Assembly (NCBI GenBank): GCA_012295275.1
Contig: CM022672.1
Location: 13,950,001-14,014,000 of the forward strand
Direction: 5' to 3'
Length of the DNA: 64,000 nt
Origin: Chrysomallon squamiferum
Lineage: Eukaryota; Animalia; Mollusca
Under the pieces are notes generated by a model. It was not told where the DNA came from. It made no database searches and saw only the letters and a list, made by a program, of their open reading frames with translations. The position numbers were made by a program, and so were the translations under genes. This document shows, piece after piece, positions 1 through 20,383 of the stretch. The stretch's first letter is position 1. Each line of letters starts with the position of its first letter.

Positions 1-68
<68 letters not shown>
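1..68. repeat. (CT)n microsatellite, truncated by the window start
   Basis: Perfect CT dinucleotide run seen directly. Confidence 0.97.
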
Positions 69-71
<3 letters not shown>

Positions 72-671
72 ATATTATTTAAAGTAAATCTAGCCAAATT
101 TGGTGCTATATTTCTGTATACTTGATGATCAGTAATGTTTGAACCACCGAACGTACGTCCGTTGTGTTTACAAAAAATAAACTGGGAAACCTGAATAATA
201 TTTCTAAATCATACTTTGATTTGTATTCATTTAAATATATATATATAATCATGTTTCTCTTGTTCATTTTGATCAGAGTCCAGTTTTCCTAGTTTGCCTG
301 GAAACTCATGCTTTTTATCATATGTGCGCCGCTCGCATCACTACTTTACAGCTACTGTTACAATTATTATTAATATTCATGGTAAAGGGATGAAGTAACT
401 GTTCTTTCATAAAAATTTAAAAAAATAAATAAAAAAAAAATAAAATAAAAAAATAATAATAATCTTGACGTTATTTACAATAAATGTATAAATTCATATT
501 TTAAAAGAATCTCGAAAACGGAAATGTGGATACTTTTCAATAATAATAATAAACCTCATCATCATTATCGTCTTATTTACAAATTTCTAGGTCAAGACCG
601 TCTGCTATTGTACCAAGGCGGAATTTACCAAACTAACAAAATGGGTGACCAAAGTCCTGAGTTGAAATCAA

Positions 672-6562
<5,891 letters not shown>

Positions 6563-8465
6563 AAACTGACTGGAATCACATTTCTGTTAATTATTAACCT
6601 GATTTCTATACTGAATCTATTTAGCCAGTAAGAATTTATATTCAGTTAAGTTTAATATAATAAAATTACCCATTTGCGCTAGAATTGTGAAATTCTTTTT
6701 TAATTTATTATACATATTTTTTAAATTGTTAAATTGATTTTTACAGTTCTTTAAAGCATCCCTTTTCAATTTTATTCAAACTTTCAGTTATTTGATTATC
6801 TGATTATTTTAAATTATCCAGAATAATTATGAAATTAGCTTTTTTATACATATTTTATACAAATTTTGTTTTGATTGTTAACTGGGTTTTTTTTAAATAT
6901 AGAGACATGGATTTGGAATTCAGAATATATAGATGGAAACAGATTTGGCAACTTTGATATATTTCTTTTAACACTTAAAGATTGAAGAAAATTGATAATG
7001 AATTTGTTCAAGAATAATAATTTTTAAAAATAAATATACTCAGATAGTTTTCTTTATCAGGCAGCTTTTGATCATTTTAATAGAAGTATATATTAATTTA
7101 ATATTAATACTGATTATCTTTATGGAAATTTTGGAAGTTATTACTGATTTGTAAGTTGTTTTTTTGGGGGGGTTTGTTTTAAATTTTAGCAGTTAATAAG
7201 TTTTATTAATACTAATTCTGTAAGCACAATCACCTAAGCATTCATTTTTATTTATTTATTTTTATTTTTTATTTATTTTTATTTTTTTTGGTATAACTGG
7301 TCAATATATATATATAAAATCATGCTTCTTTAAAGTAAATTAAAGCAAAAAGTTTAATATATGATATATTTAATCATAATAAATAAACTGCTTAGAAAAT
7401 GTATTGTTCAGACACATTAATTCGAAAAATTGTTTTGCCATGATTTTACAGTTTCCACATATATATTTTATCCAGATTTTTAATGCATGACATTTTGTCT
7501 GAATTTTATACAGATTTATCATTGTTATTTCTTTAATACTGTTATATGATATGATATATACTTTGAATAATAAAATAATATATTATTCTGGATTTGTTTG
7601 TTATGAATAATAAAAAACAACATTTAAACAAAAGTTCACAAAGATTTTTTTTCAAAGCCAACAAATTCATGAAGTGATATTTAGACATTGTTAAATTTAT
7701 ATTTTCACTGATAAACCACAAGCTTGAATTATTTTTTCTGATTTGCAGTGCATTGGTTATATAGTTCATGTTAATGAGGCAAATTATAAAATAATATATT
7801 CCACTTTCATTGATCATAGATCAATAATCAGATAAGTAATAAACTTTAAAATATTATAAAACTTATAGAAAATTCAAAATAAATTCATTTTGTCACATGG
7901 AATATAAACTTGTCTGGGTTTTTTCAGTATGAAAACTACTGACTAATATTTAAAAATATTACCAGTTTATTTTTGCTAAATATGTAATCATCAATATATA
8001 TTTCATTAACAAAAATTTGTCAGAATAATTCCTCTAGATCCAGAGCAAGCCCACGACTTCTCTAGGAACAAGCAAAACTTTTAATGATTCAAACAATGCT
8101 TAAAAGGCCAAGATAGGTAGGTGATGGATGGTGTAGATAGATTACATCAAAGATTTGTAGTTGAACTGCGAGTACTGTAGATGGTAGAATTTATATACTA
8201 GTTTTTGAGAGACGGTTTTGCATCATGCACTGGGCGAAACAACTTTTTTCCCCTTCAAAACGAATGGAGATCTGATATCCACCTTTGATTTGTACAATCG
8301 TTTGTAATTTTCAAGTTTTTTTTATTTTTGTATTGTGTTTGTTTTGTTTTTGTTTTAATTAAAAAATTCATAGTATTAAAATTATCAAAATTACGGCATT
8401 ATAACAGTTAAACATTATCCATTCAATTCTAGCGATTTAAAATACTTCAACCCCCCGTGGCCTTT

Positions 8466-8494
8466 CTTAGTCCGTTAAATCGTGGATTTACTGT
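8466..8494 (-). mobile_element. Possible solo terminal inverted repeat of a pogo/Tigger-type MITE
   Basis: Reverse complement reads TA-CAGTAAATCCACGATTTAACGGAC, resembling pogo/Tigger termini. No partner TIR found. Confidence 0.25.
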
Positions 8495-8625
8495 ATTTAA
8501 AAACACAACAAAAAGTTTGAGAGTTATTACCCCTTAATGAGAAACGTACACTTCCTGTTACTGTTGGGTGATTTATTATAGATATTTATGTATATGTAAA
8601 CTGGTATTTGAAAATTTTATTGGCA

Positions 8626-11600
8626 ATGGGAAGATCACTGCTAGCAGATGAATGTATTCAAGCGTATATTGAACAACTAATTAAAACAGGACTCGCCTTT
8701 ACGGGTCTTGTAATAGGACAGGTAAGAAACTAGCCGGTAAAATTTTATTTCTGGTTGAAAAGAAAAAGAAAAATCACTCGAATCCATATGTTCGATATAA
8801 CAGGTGGTTTGTCAGAATTTACTTTCATAAACAAGGCCGACATTTAGCATAATATTAATAGGTTATTTTTGTTGGTGTATCTGTTACTGTCAGGGATGAA
8901 TTACCCACTAATTTGTTGTTTTAGTCAGCAAGTAAAATATTTTATTTTTCTGGAATTAATCAATGATTCTGAAATAATAAACATTAAACGGAAAAAATTA
9001 ATTCTTTAAGAATTCTTTAAGAAATCTTTTTAAAAAATTCATCATTAATATCATTAGCTTAAAAACTTCCATGTATTGCATAAACTTATCCATTGCTTGT
9101 ATTATTTATCAATCTGAACTTTGGATGTATGCAGTTTTGAGTTTAGCATGTGACTGTGAGTATATTGATAATATTCATATTAGTATCTGAATGTATTTAG
9201 TTCTTTTGCACATTTAAAAAAACAAAAACAAAAAAAAAACCTTTCTCCATTTGTGTGGTTGGTAGTTGGGAGTTATTCCAAATATTTAGTGAGAACAGCC
9301 ACTTTGCAAATAAAAGTTTTAAAAGTTAATTTCGTTAAAAAAGAATATAAACTGTTCATAAATTTTTATTTCTTTTTATTTTTATTTTTTTATTTTTATT
9401 TTTATGAACTGGTTATTGTTGTACTTGTGCACTTTATTTAGTTTTAGAATAGAGACTTTGTATAAATTTTGTTTGTTCTGTTTTTTAGCAAACTGTTACA
9501 GGTAAAGACTACATTGTCAGACTTGTGAGAACTCCAGACCCAGTCGAGGATGAAGCTAGTGAAGAAGAAGATGGAGAAGAAGTCGGGCCTACGAGGAGAA
9601 AACCTCGTGCCCGCCGTCCGAGTAATATCGAATTTGTCGATGAAAAATGGGCCGCAACGCACACAAAACAGGTTTAGAGATTTTTTCAAATTAATTGAAA
9701 CTAAATCCTTTCAGACTTGTTTCAAATTTATCAAAGATATTTAATATTTTTTTTAAATTATTCTTTTATTTATTTTTTTAACTTGATATTGTTTGGTTAA
9801 TATTTTAAATATTTGATTGCTTTAAATAATACTTTTTACTGATGTTTGTAAATATTTCAGTGTTTTTTGTGGTTTTTTTTTTTTTGATTTATATTTATTG
9901 TTATATAGCTTTTAATCTTGAGAAGTTATACATATGTTTACACTGTGAAAGCTGTCATTGAATTATTTTATAAATTTATTATATAATTAATTTTTCCTTT
10001 TTTTTTTATTACTGATTTATATTTATTTTTACATTATGGAAGCTATTATTGAATAACATTTATTCCTTTATTATTATACAGAGTCATTATAAAACACTTG
10101 AGCTTTTTTAAAAAAATTGTTGACTTCCGATCTGTGTGTGATACAATTGATCTGTTAAAAAGATAATTTTCCACATGGCTTCTGTCATTATGGTATAACT
10201 GAAAATCAGCTATAAAATATATTTCATGTTCTCTCATTACAGGTTATACGAATGCTCCCAGGAGGTTTGGATATTGTGGGAATTTTTGCACTGGCACCAC
10301 CAGATATGATGGCAAATGCTCAAACTAGACTGAGACAGGTATGTTAGCGTATGAACACTGACTAGATCATGTTTTAGTCATTATAAATATACTTTTATCA
10401 GTGAATTTTAATCTCTCTTTTCATAAGTTTCTAACACCTAGGGCATCAAAATGTTAATTAGATTAAAACCAAAAATTATAATTACATAATATCCAGATAC
10501 TTTTCCAATAATGTTATGTGAAAATGTTTATTCATACATGCAGGTATATATAACTAATGTTTTATTTTTAAAAATATAATTTTCCATGACTTTTATCTTC
10601 TTTTTTTAAAAATTTGATTTGATTTTTTTTAAATGCAGTTTATAAATTATGTGAAAAGTATATTAATTTTTATTCATAAATATAATTTATATTTTTCATT
10701 TTTCAGATTTTGTTTGCAGTGCAGAAACATTTTTTAAAAACTTTGTGCTTGCCGAAGCAAAATGAAATAACAGATAGAGTTATTCTGCAGATTTGTCCAA
10801 ATACTAAAAAGTATTCATCACATATCTTCTTTTTTTTAATAATAACTTTATATTTAACTTAAATAGTTCATCCATTGTAAGAAAAAATATATATCTCCTT
10901 GAAAACTATATATTGTATTACATTTGTAAATTGATGCATTAAATACCTGAAATGGACTTGTTGTTTTCTTGAAGAAACTGATTGGTATATTATGAATTAG
11001 ATCTTTGTTTTTTGTCTATTCTTATTTAAGAAGAACATATATGTTCTGTTAGGAATATACGATTTTTCTAAATTAATTTTTGAATTCATTATTTGAGATA
11101 CAAGTCTGTTTCAGGGTTTCTCTGCAGTGTTCTAAATCAAATTAAAGAATATAAGATGAAAAAGATAATTTAAATTAACCACTAGTTACTTTTATGTGCA
11201 TTTTTTGTTATTGTATTAATTTTACTCTCTTTCTTTTTTAGCTGATAGAATAACTTGAATTAGTTGATAAAATAATGTTATTTTATTGTTATTAATTACT
11301 TTTCTTTTTTACCTACACATTAATTGTTGAAACATTTTTTATCATGTGTGTGATTTAATTATGTTGTGAAATGATGTTTATCAACATATTTTTTATTTTT
11401 TATTTTTTTATCCCACAGGGTGACTTGTAGAACATTTGATGTATCTGATGATAAAGTAAGTTTCTAAGAATTCATGTTTTTACTAATCTTTTTATTTATT
11501 ATTATTATTATTATTTTTAAATTATTATACTAATTTTTTCATACCCATTTCAGAAGTGACTGAACAGTTTAATAATATAAAGCACCAAAAATTAATTTGC

Positions 11601-14600
11601 ACTTTTTCAAAATAATAATCTGTTACAATAACCAATATATATATATTGTATATTTATATCCTTAGCTTTTGTTACATTATTATATGTCAGTGTTATTTTT
11701 TATTTTTTTTATTTTTGTATTAATAACTGTAGTTTTCTGTTTTATATAATAATCATAGTTGGAATATATTTTTTAATACGGTTTATTTCAGTGTTCCCCG
11801 AAACCAGCAGAATGGCGTTACACGTCCCACATAGACCGGTGGATCAGATTAAACACACGTGTTGCTATAAATATCTCCATTCCAGTACCAGACCATGTGA
11901 AAACACACGTGTTACTCAAACAGATACAGGTTGGTGTAAGAAAACACATGTTAACTGAATGTGCCACAGTGTAGTGGATTTCTCCATCATCATTACGTAG
12001 CTGTAGTATTCTGCTGTTGGCTGAAAACCTCAGCGTATTCTAATTAGCCAGTAAATATAGTAAATATCAAAATTAAGACTGTAATTCTGTGAGATATGGA
12101 ATATATTTTTGTTTGAAAATAAGCACTTTGCTATTAGTAATGTGTATCTCTTTAAGTGTGCAGATGTGTGAGCTTTAACTGTAATAATAACTTTTGGGTA
12201 GAAGTTATTCATTTGTATTAACTTTCTTAGAATTTTATACATGAGCCATGCATATTATTTTCTGTTAGCAAGTTTTGTTTTTTACTTATTAAATGTGACA
12301 GATTTATATTTTTTTAAATTATGAGTTGAATATCATGAACATATTCAGTTTATATACAGTTAATTTAGTTTCCCTCAAACTGCTGTGAAAATAATAATGT
12401 CATAATTCATAATTATTTTTGAAATCTTATTTTTTGGGGGGTTAGTTTAAAACAAAATGTTACCTCTTGTTAAATAAATATATATATTTTTTTTAATCTA
12501 GCAAGGTATTTCAACTTACTGTATTTCACTGGCGAAATCTCGGATGCTGATCAATGGTGTAGTTCGAGATGTTGGTGAATCATTGGAACAGTTTGAAACG
12601 AAAAAGAGTAAAAGCAAAGACCGTAGTCTGACAGTACCCATTAATTTAGATGTTGATGTATTAGTGCCTTTTGTAAGCGTACTTTCTCTTAATTATATAT
12701 ATGTGTGTGTGCATGTTGTATACTTGTCAAAAATGTTTTTTTAATGCTTGTTGATGAAGATTTCAAATCTTGGAACCAAGGAAGGGAGGGGAAAAGATTT
12801 TTGTTATGTGTTTAAAAGGGTTTTAAATTCTTAGATTTGAAAAATAAATCTGAATTTAACGAACATAAAGAATTTTAGTTGGTGTTTTCGTAATTATAAA
12901 AGTTAAATTTCCCTATGCTTTGTTTTGTTTAGATCTTGTTTTCATCTTTCAGAGTAATGAAACTGTCGAAGAACCAACTGTGTCCACCCTCAGATCTGTC
13001 ATAGCAATAAAAGGTCAGATTGTGTCTCGTGCATTCGTCAACAGTAGAGCGACAGTTGGAGATGCTGTACAGGTAACTAACTTTATTATTTTCTCTTTTA
13101 AAGACAACAACTTTCAGCTTTTTGACCATTCTTGGTTCCAATGGGACTGACAGACCCAAGCACATTTTTTCTTTAAATTTCGTATTGAAAGAATCGTATG
13201 GTGATGTTGAAGTTTTCCTATATCTTAATAATAATAAATGTTCTGTGATACTTCTAATTTTTATTTTAGAACAAATAACCTACATAAATTTAAAAAAAAA
13301 AAAAATGTCTATGAGACCAGTGTGATTATTCCTGTATAAAAAATATTATGCAGCCTGAAGGGTTAAAAAAAGGAATCATATGTGGTGTATTAAATTCATT
13401 TATAAAAATAATAACAAATTTTGTTAACAAATACAGTAAGAATTAATTGAAATTCTAAACTGGTAAGGTTGTCTAAAAAAAACAACTATAAATTCAGGTT
13501 TTATTTAATCCAAATATCTTTCTTGTATACTGACTCAGTCTACAGAATTATTATCAATATTAACAATATTTTATTCTGTATGATTAGTTCATATCATTTA
13601 AATATTTAAATGTTAATATTAGTCTTTTATATACGTGTATGTTAAATATCTTTTACAGAAGTTCATACTGTACCACATTAAGTCTTAATTCATAGTTTCA
13701 TTGTTATTATGATATTTTAATGAAATAATATAATTTTTAATTTGCTTGGTTGGTTTCATGTCTTGCAATATTCAAATTGTAACATATAAGCTTTTAAATC
13801 TTACTGACATCTGTTTAATATAATGCAATATTACTAAAGTAGAACAATGCTAGACAATACTACATTTTTATTCAGGCTGTGAAAACTGACATTATTCGGA
13901 GTTTGATGTCAAGATGTGAACTTCTCTGTGAAGATATTGAAGTTGTTGAAGCTGATGTTGGTAAGAATTATTTTTATAGAATTTTAAACAAGATGAAATT
14001 GTAAAGATTTTTGAAAGAAATTAATAGTATACAGTAGCCTTAGCATGATTAATAAAAATTAAAAAATTAATAAAATTTCAGAATTACATTCAGGGGTTCA
14101 CCTTTTAATCTTATTAAATATATTTCAGTCAGGTGTGTAATTGTAATAATCTTTTAACTTTAGTTTTTTAATGGGTTTTTTTTAAATATTCATTCCTCAT
14201 TTTTGTGTTAGAATATGATTAGTTTGATTTTTTTTAAATGTTGCTAAAGTAAAATAATACAGTGGTATAATCATTTTTTTTAAATTAGCATGATGGACTT
14301 GATTTTGCAGCAGGAATAACACTATTAATTTTATTAAAAATAAAATATCATTAACAATAAAAGATATACTGGACCATATTTACGATGTCTCCTTTGGGGT
14401 TACATGCCTTTAATTATATCCATTTAGCTACACATGTGTGTTAATACTTACATTCAACTGAAAAAGTCATTACTACAATCATAATTCAGATCTTTTTTTA
14501 TTTGACAGCCAAAGAGCTGTACAACACACCAGTACGAGTGTTTGCTCATCTCCCATGTTCAACACTAGACTTTTCTGACTACATGTTTCAAGATGAGAAA

Positions 14601-15913
14601 GCTAGTGAAGTGATTGACAGACTTAAAGAGCTACTAGATGTGAGCATTAGTGAAAATGACATTGAGTTTCACTGTGAAAGAGCTGGAGGTGAGAAAAATA
14701 CTTAAAACATCATTTTAATTGCATTAATTTATCAAACCATTTTGTAAATGAGAGAGTGCGTGTGTTTGTGTGTGTTTTTTCTCTTTTTTGTGTGTTTGGA
14801 TACAACAGTGGTTACCAACCTTTTTTGCCAGATACACGATAACATGTGTAGACAAAGTGTTGAATGTGTGCCACACGTTGGGAGTCACTGCTCTATAACT
14901 TTAGCTGATTCTGCTTTAATACTTTTCATTTACAGATACGTAAATTGGCTACTGATTTAACATTGCATTTTTTTTTTAACTTACAACAGTACTAATTATT
15001 TTTCACCCACTTAAAATAAAACAAAGAAAAAATAAATAAACATTTATCAATAAGTTTATTGTTAATAATGATTTCAGGTCAGTCCGACTGGTTAGGGCAA
15101 AAGAAAGAGGCAGACATTCTTCTCTCTGTAGGAGGAATTGCAGAAAACAGAAGTTTCAAATATTACATTGGTAAGTTAACAATAGTGTACAAGTGTATGT
15201 GAACGTGTGAGGAAAGGAAAAGTTTTTACAAAACTGAAATAATTTCTTAAATTTTAATAAAGAGAAATGTAATGATGTGCAGTATCCATTCTTCTTTTGT
15301 TGTGTTACTATACTTGTCTAGATTCTTTTTGAAATGAGGCAAAAACACTTAACCGACACGTGGAGCAGGGCAAACAAATATGGGTGAGGGGTCTTGGGGC
15401 TTCTCAAAGTAACCTTAGACATAAATGAATTCATTCACTGGATATCATTTCTATCAGAATAGAGATTTGTATTTGATATTCTTTAAATAAACTCTTTGTA
15501 TATATATATATATATAAAAAAAAAAAATAATAAAAAATAACAAATAAAAAATAAATTGTTAAATTCAGTATGAGGCATTTGCCTCAATGTAGTTATGGCC
15601 ATGCTATGTATTTAATAATACAAGATTTTATATATATGTTCAAATTAAATAGTATCTACAGGTGAAGCACATTAAATATGGATCTCATTAGATTGATTTA
15701 AACGTGTGAAAATTTGTTAATGTGTTTTACATTAAAAAAAAAGTAGTTAATTTATTATTGCATATTTCTTAATTTTGAAATATCTCTGTTGCGGTAGTAG
15801 GTTGGTTAAATTACTGTTGCACTTTGTGTTAATTCAGAAATGTCATTTCAGGTGCTGTTGTAGGTGGTGTGGCTGCAGTTGCAACTGGAATCCTATACAT
15901 GTACTTCAGCTGA
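8626..15913 (+). CDS. ODR4: Protein odr-4 homolog (tail-anchored ER GPCR maturation factor), 12 coding exons
   Basis: Exons 8626-8721, 9489-9671, 10243-10338, 10707-10810, 11419-11455, 11792-11929, 12502-12672, 12953-13072, 13876-13960, 14509-14688, 15078-15170, 15852-15913 splice in frame. MGRSL..GLVIGQ, KDYIV..RTP, DEKWAATH, RMLPGGLDIVGIF, DIIRSLMSRCELL, FSDYMF and a C-terminal TM helix (GAVVGGVAAVATGILYMYFS*) match ODR4. Confidence 0.92.
14806..14890. mobile_element. Degenerate hAT/Charlie-type MITE in an ODR4 intron
   Basis: Imperfect TIRs CAGTGGTTACCAAC ... GTTGGGAGTCACTG, 85 bp. TSD not convincingly preserved. Confidence 0.4.
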
Positions 15914-17556
15914 TGTGAAAATTCATGACTAGAAGACTGTAACGTGACACTGAAAATTGTTTTAATTATGGATTTTTGAATAACATATTTATTCTCATGT
16001 TTGTGTTGTTTTCTCTGAGACTGATTGGCTGGATATTTAGTTTCATACAGAAGACCATCTTCATCCTGACTGACATTTGAAGACTGATTTTTATTGGATG
16101 AGAACAATGAAACTGTATGTTACAGGATATCCGATTGGCTGGTAAAACTTTGCTACATCACACATGTTTAATCATATCTTAGAAAAGACAATGGGACCAT
16201 GACCATAATTATTAACAATAATTGGAATCTTGAGAGTGAAAGAATAAAAGGATAAAAACCACCAAGTGGAAACAATAATTATTTTAATGTTACTGTTTAT
16301 ATAATATAGTGGACAAGAGTTGGGCATTACATACAGATAGATCTCTTTGAAAAATCAATAATTTTCTTTCTCTTGGACACAGCACGGTTACGAATCACAA
16401 TTATGAAAACTGTGAATTCAGTAATTTTGCCAGTAAAATTGAGTTTAAAAATATGTGTTTCTTTGTTGTTACTGAAACCGTGATTGTAAGCATTTGGTGT
16501 GTTTTAAATTAATAGAACAACATTAAAAGGAGAACTTAACTACATAATCATGAAGATTATATGGCTCATGATAGTTTAAAATTATCATCATCAACAGTGT
16601 GTGAAATGAGTTAGGCAACAACAAACAGGGCTGATGTAGTTTCATTTAAGCATATTTGTGGCAATCCATATTTAAAAATCTAGGAATTTTCACTCATTTG
16701 GATCAGCTTTTGTTGCCTAATTTTATATCAAGCTTGGTCAGTTCATAGTTATAAAATTTGATTTAATATACTCAGCTGTTTGATTAGACTGTTAATTTTA
16801 ATAAAGTCATTTAACAACAAGATTCAAACCTAAGAAGAAACTTAAAATTGACAAATTCACACAAATGTCTTTAAACAGAATTTATATTATCATTACAAAT
16901 GAATATTAATATTGTTTATTGTTGTAGAACTGTGGTTTTATTTAATTTATAACATTTTTTTTTTTTTTTTGAAAGAGAAATAAAAAGAACACAACACCCA
17001 GATTTTAAAAAATATATTAGATTTTAAAAAAAATTAACAATTGAAATAAAATAAAATATTTTCACTGGCCACCACTGGAAGGAAAGGCTTTGATCAAATT
17101 AACTTTGCTTTACAATTGTTAAACTCAGGCATTGATTTTAATAAATTTAGAGAGAAAATAAAAACTTGTGGAATATGCAACCCAAATTGTTCAACTATAA
17201 AATGATACATCAGTTAAGTTAAATTCTGTAATAAAAAAAATAAATGTCTTATATTATATTTTATACAAATAAACATGGTAATTATTAAGACACCAGTTTT
17301 AAAAGATTACTGAATAAAACAAAAAATTCAGTAACATCAATAAAAATATTTCAAATTCAAGGATTAATAAAAAACTAATGCTGCTTGAATTAACAATGTC
17401 AGAAAATAAATTTTACATGTATGCTAAAAATAAACACATTAGATATTCTAGTATAAACAAATAGTAAAACCAATAATAATAAAATGAATAATGTGAACAT
17501 GCCAAAAAAGGGTAAACTGTATTTAATTCTTCCACAAAAATCTTTAGGATTAATTA

Positions 17557-17615
<59 letters not shown>

Positions 17616-18991
17616 TTAATATTTTTAATTAATTACAAAAACCTCAATCCAGTCATGTCATAATAAAATGTTACTAAATGCATGTCTTATTAATAATTTT
17701 GATTATTCTGCTAACAGTAATTTGTCTTAATAAAACTGATATCTGAAGACTATGCTAAATATACAACAATTTTGATAAGACTTAGTTCTCAATCAATATG
17801 TTTACAAATAAACAATAACATATAAATGAACTTTATTTATGTTAATAAAGAATTAATGGAATGGTAAGGATTATTACAAATAATTTGGAATGTATAAAAG
17901 AAAATCTTTAATATTTATTTCACTTATTTTTGCATATATATCCATCAAAACTGAAATTACAAAAATAAACAAAACTTTCTTAAAAATCTATTCAAACAAT
18001 TAGTGAATTACCAATTTACAATCCTCAGTCCAAAGTACAAAATAATTAAATAAATAAATAGTGCAAGTATATTTTTAAATAATGTCTCATTATGAACAAT
18101 GTATGTAAATGTATCAGCTACAAACAGTTTGTTAAGACACTGAAATAATGCTGAATTCATTTTATTTCTGACTTTGATGCCTGATGTCCATTATAGTGAT
18201 CCTGCATATTTGAAAAGTTATGAATGAAACAGATAAAAACAAAAACCAAAGTAAAAAATGAAAGAAAAAAATCTCCTTAAAATGATATTTTAAAAACAAA
18301 ATAAATAATGCACAGATTAAAGATCCCATATCAAACATGTTAACTGGGTTTTTTCTGGTCGATGATGTTCTGTTTAACAAAATTTATATCAGGCATAGAA
18401 CTAGTAAAACTGTTATACAAAACTTCCCTCAGATCCCCTGCATGAAAGTATAAATGGATTTAGTATTGGGTTCAGTTCTCAAACTATTTCATCTCATCCA
18501 GAATGTGATACATTTGAAATTTAAGACAAATCTGGCCCCAGATATTCCGAACAAGAAATTAGTACTAATGTTCAGAAAACACAGCCAGTAATAATTCGTT
18601 GGTTTTTATTCCATATTTACAAGAACTAAGATATATACAGCAGATAGTTAAATATTTTTTTATTTACCTAGCAATTTATTAACATTAAAAACTGTAATAA
18701 CAAAAATAAATAAGCAATTTAGTATTATGTTTCCAACTCAATTTCATGAGAATAATAAAAATAATAACTTGATTGCCAGTTTCCACTAGTATATATGTGC
18801 ACTGCCTTACTGTACATATATTAACAAATATTTAAAAAAATATTATGCCAGTATCAATCTGTAGAGATCTGAAAATCAAAAAATAATTATTTTATATTTC
18901 TTTAATTATTTTTCTAATTTGACTAATCACAGTTTGATAAAAGGAAGCCATCAGAGCAAAACCTGAGACATATTATTCATTAAATTAAAAT

Positions 18992-20211
18992 TCAGGAATG
19001 TAGAACCCTGAGTGATTTTTCTATTGTTTTGGAGAAAAGATCTTCATCAGTTAGTACTAGTTTAATCTGTTCCACTCTCATTTCCAATATCATCCCTGAA
19101 AAATGAAGAAAGAAAAAATAGAAAGATAATGAAAATAACAATTCAGTATTATGAAATATTAAAAAATTAGCAAAATTAGCAAAATTAACATTGACTGTAT
19201 ATTTTAAATATGTCTGCATACTTACCAACCTCCTTACACACACACATGCACGCACGCACGCACACACACACACACACGCACAATCACGTAAACAATATAC
19301 ATGTATTTGATTTTTGAAACTATCTTTACAAACTATAACATGTACTTTCCTTCTAGGGGAAAGTACACAAAAAAACCACAAAAAAACAAACATTTTGTTT
19401 ATAAAACAAGAATCTGAAATGGCAAAAGCAGGTTTCCTCTCATTATCTATATACTCGTTAACCATATTGCCATAAATCAAAATTACAAATGTCATAAATG
19501 TATTATTAAATAAAAATGTATATTCTTTCCTTACAAATTATTATTTTCAAACTCCTACCAGTTTAAATATTTATCTGCAAACTCTTGCCTGTGATTTGTG
19601 GAGCATCCTTAGGATGTATTTTTACAATTTTTTCGAAAAGCCTTTCTCCTAACTTTTCAACTTCAGAATCAGGTGTAAATGTCATTGTGTTATTGCAGCT
19701 GCTGCTGTTGTTGTTGTCATTGTGGAACGCACAGTTTGCTGGAATATTTAGAAACTGAAGATACGCTGATTTTGCTTTCTCAACGGCTTGAAGAAGTTGA
19801 TCAGGGGAGTTCAGAATATCTGAGATAACTGCAGGGTCAAGTTCTAGCAGCATACCTGTAATTCATTTTGAAAATTTACTTTAACATTTTGTTACAATTT
19901 TACAGTTAAATGGATTAAAGCATGATTATAATAAATAAAAAAAATTATGATTTAATAACATTTTAGAAAATTTGTAAAGCTAATTTAAAATCCATAATAA
20001 ATGTTAACCTTAGAGATTTAGTATATATGTATTACTTGGTTTACATTTGTTTTGTAATTTGTAATATTCTAAGATATTTAAGAATAATAAATATTATTCT
20101 GTTTTTACTCTTGGATTTATAAATTTTTTTGGTTTAAATTTTTTTTTTTTAAATCCACATAAAATAAAATTTAAAAAATAGGACAACAAAAACAACATGC
20201 AATAATAATAA

Positions 20212-20242
<31 letters not shown>

Positions 20243-20383
20243 CAGAAGAAGTAGAACAACACCACCACCAACAGTACAATTAAAATAAATAAAAAAATGT
20301 AAACCTGTTATCTGAGCACAAAGAGATGGTTCTAATTCAGCGACTCTTTCAAATAGTTCATCTCCTACATCAGAATCCTCCAT
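18992..20383 (-). CDS. 149-aa protein consisting only of two tandem MLLE (PABC, poly(A)-binding protein C-terminal) domains
   Basis: Exons 20383-20305, 19855-19589, 19095-18992 total 450 nt, with phase-1 introns (the second has a GC donor). Domain 1: VGDELFERVAELEPSLCAQITGMLLELDPAVISDILNSPDQLLQAVEKA. Domain 2: LGERLFEKIVKIHPKDAPQITGMILEMRVEQIKLVLTDEDLFSKTIEKSLRVLHS*. Both match the MLLE consensus LGExLF..I...HP..AGKITGMLLE. An in-frame TGA lies upstream of the ATG in the same exon. Confidence 0.85.

Noticed and set aside
16021-16143. Two GATTGGCTGG (CCAAT-box-like) motifs after ODR4
   Set aside because: They lie in a presumed 3'UTR with no associated promoter evidence.
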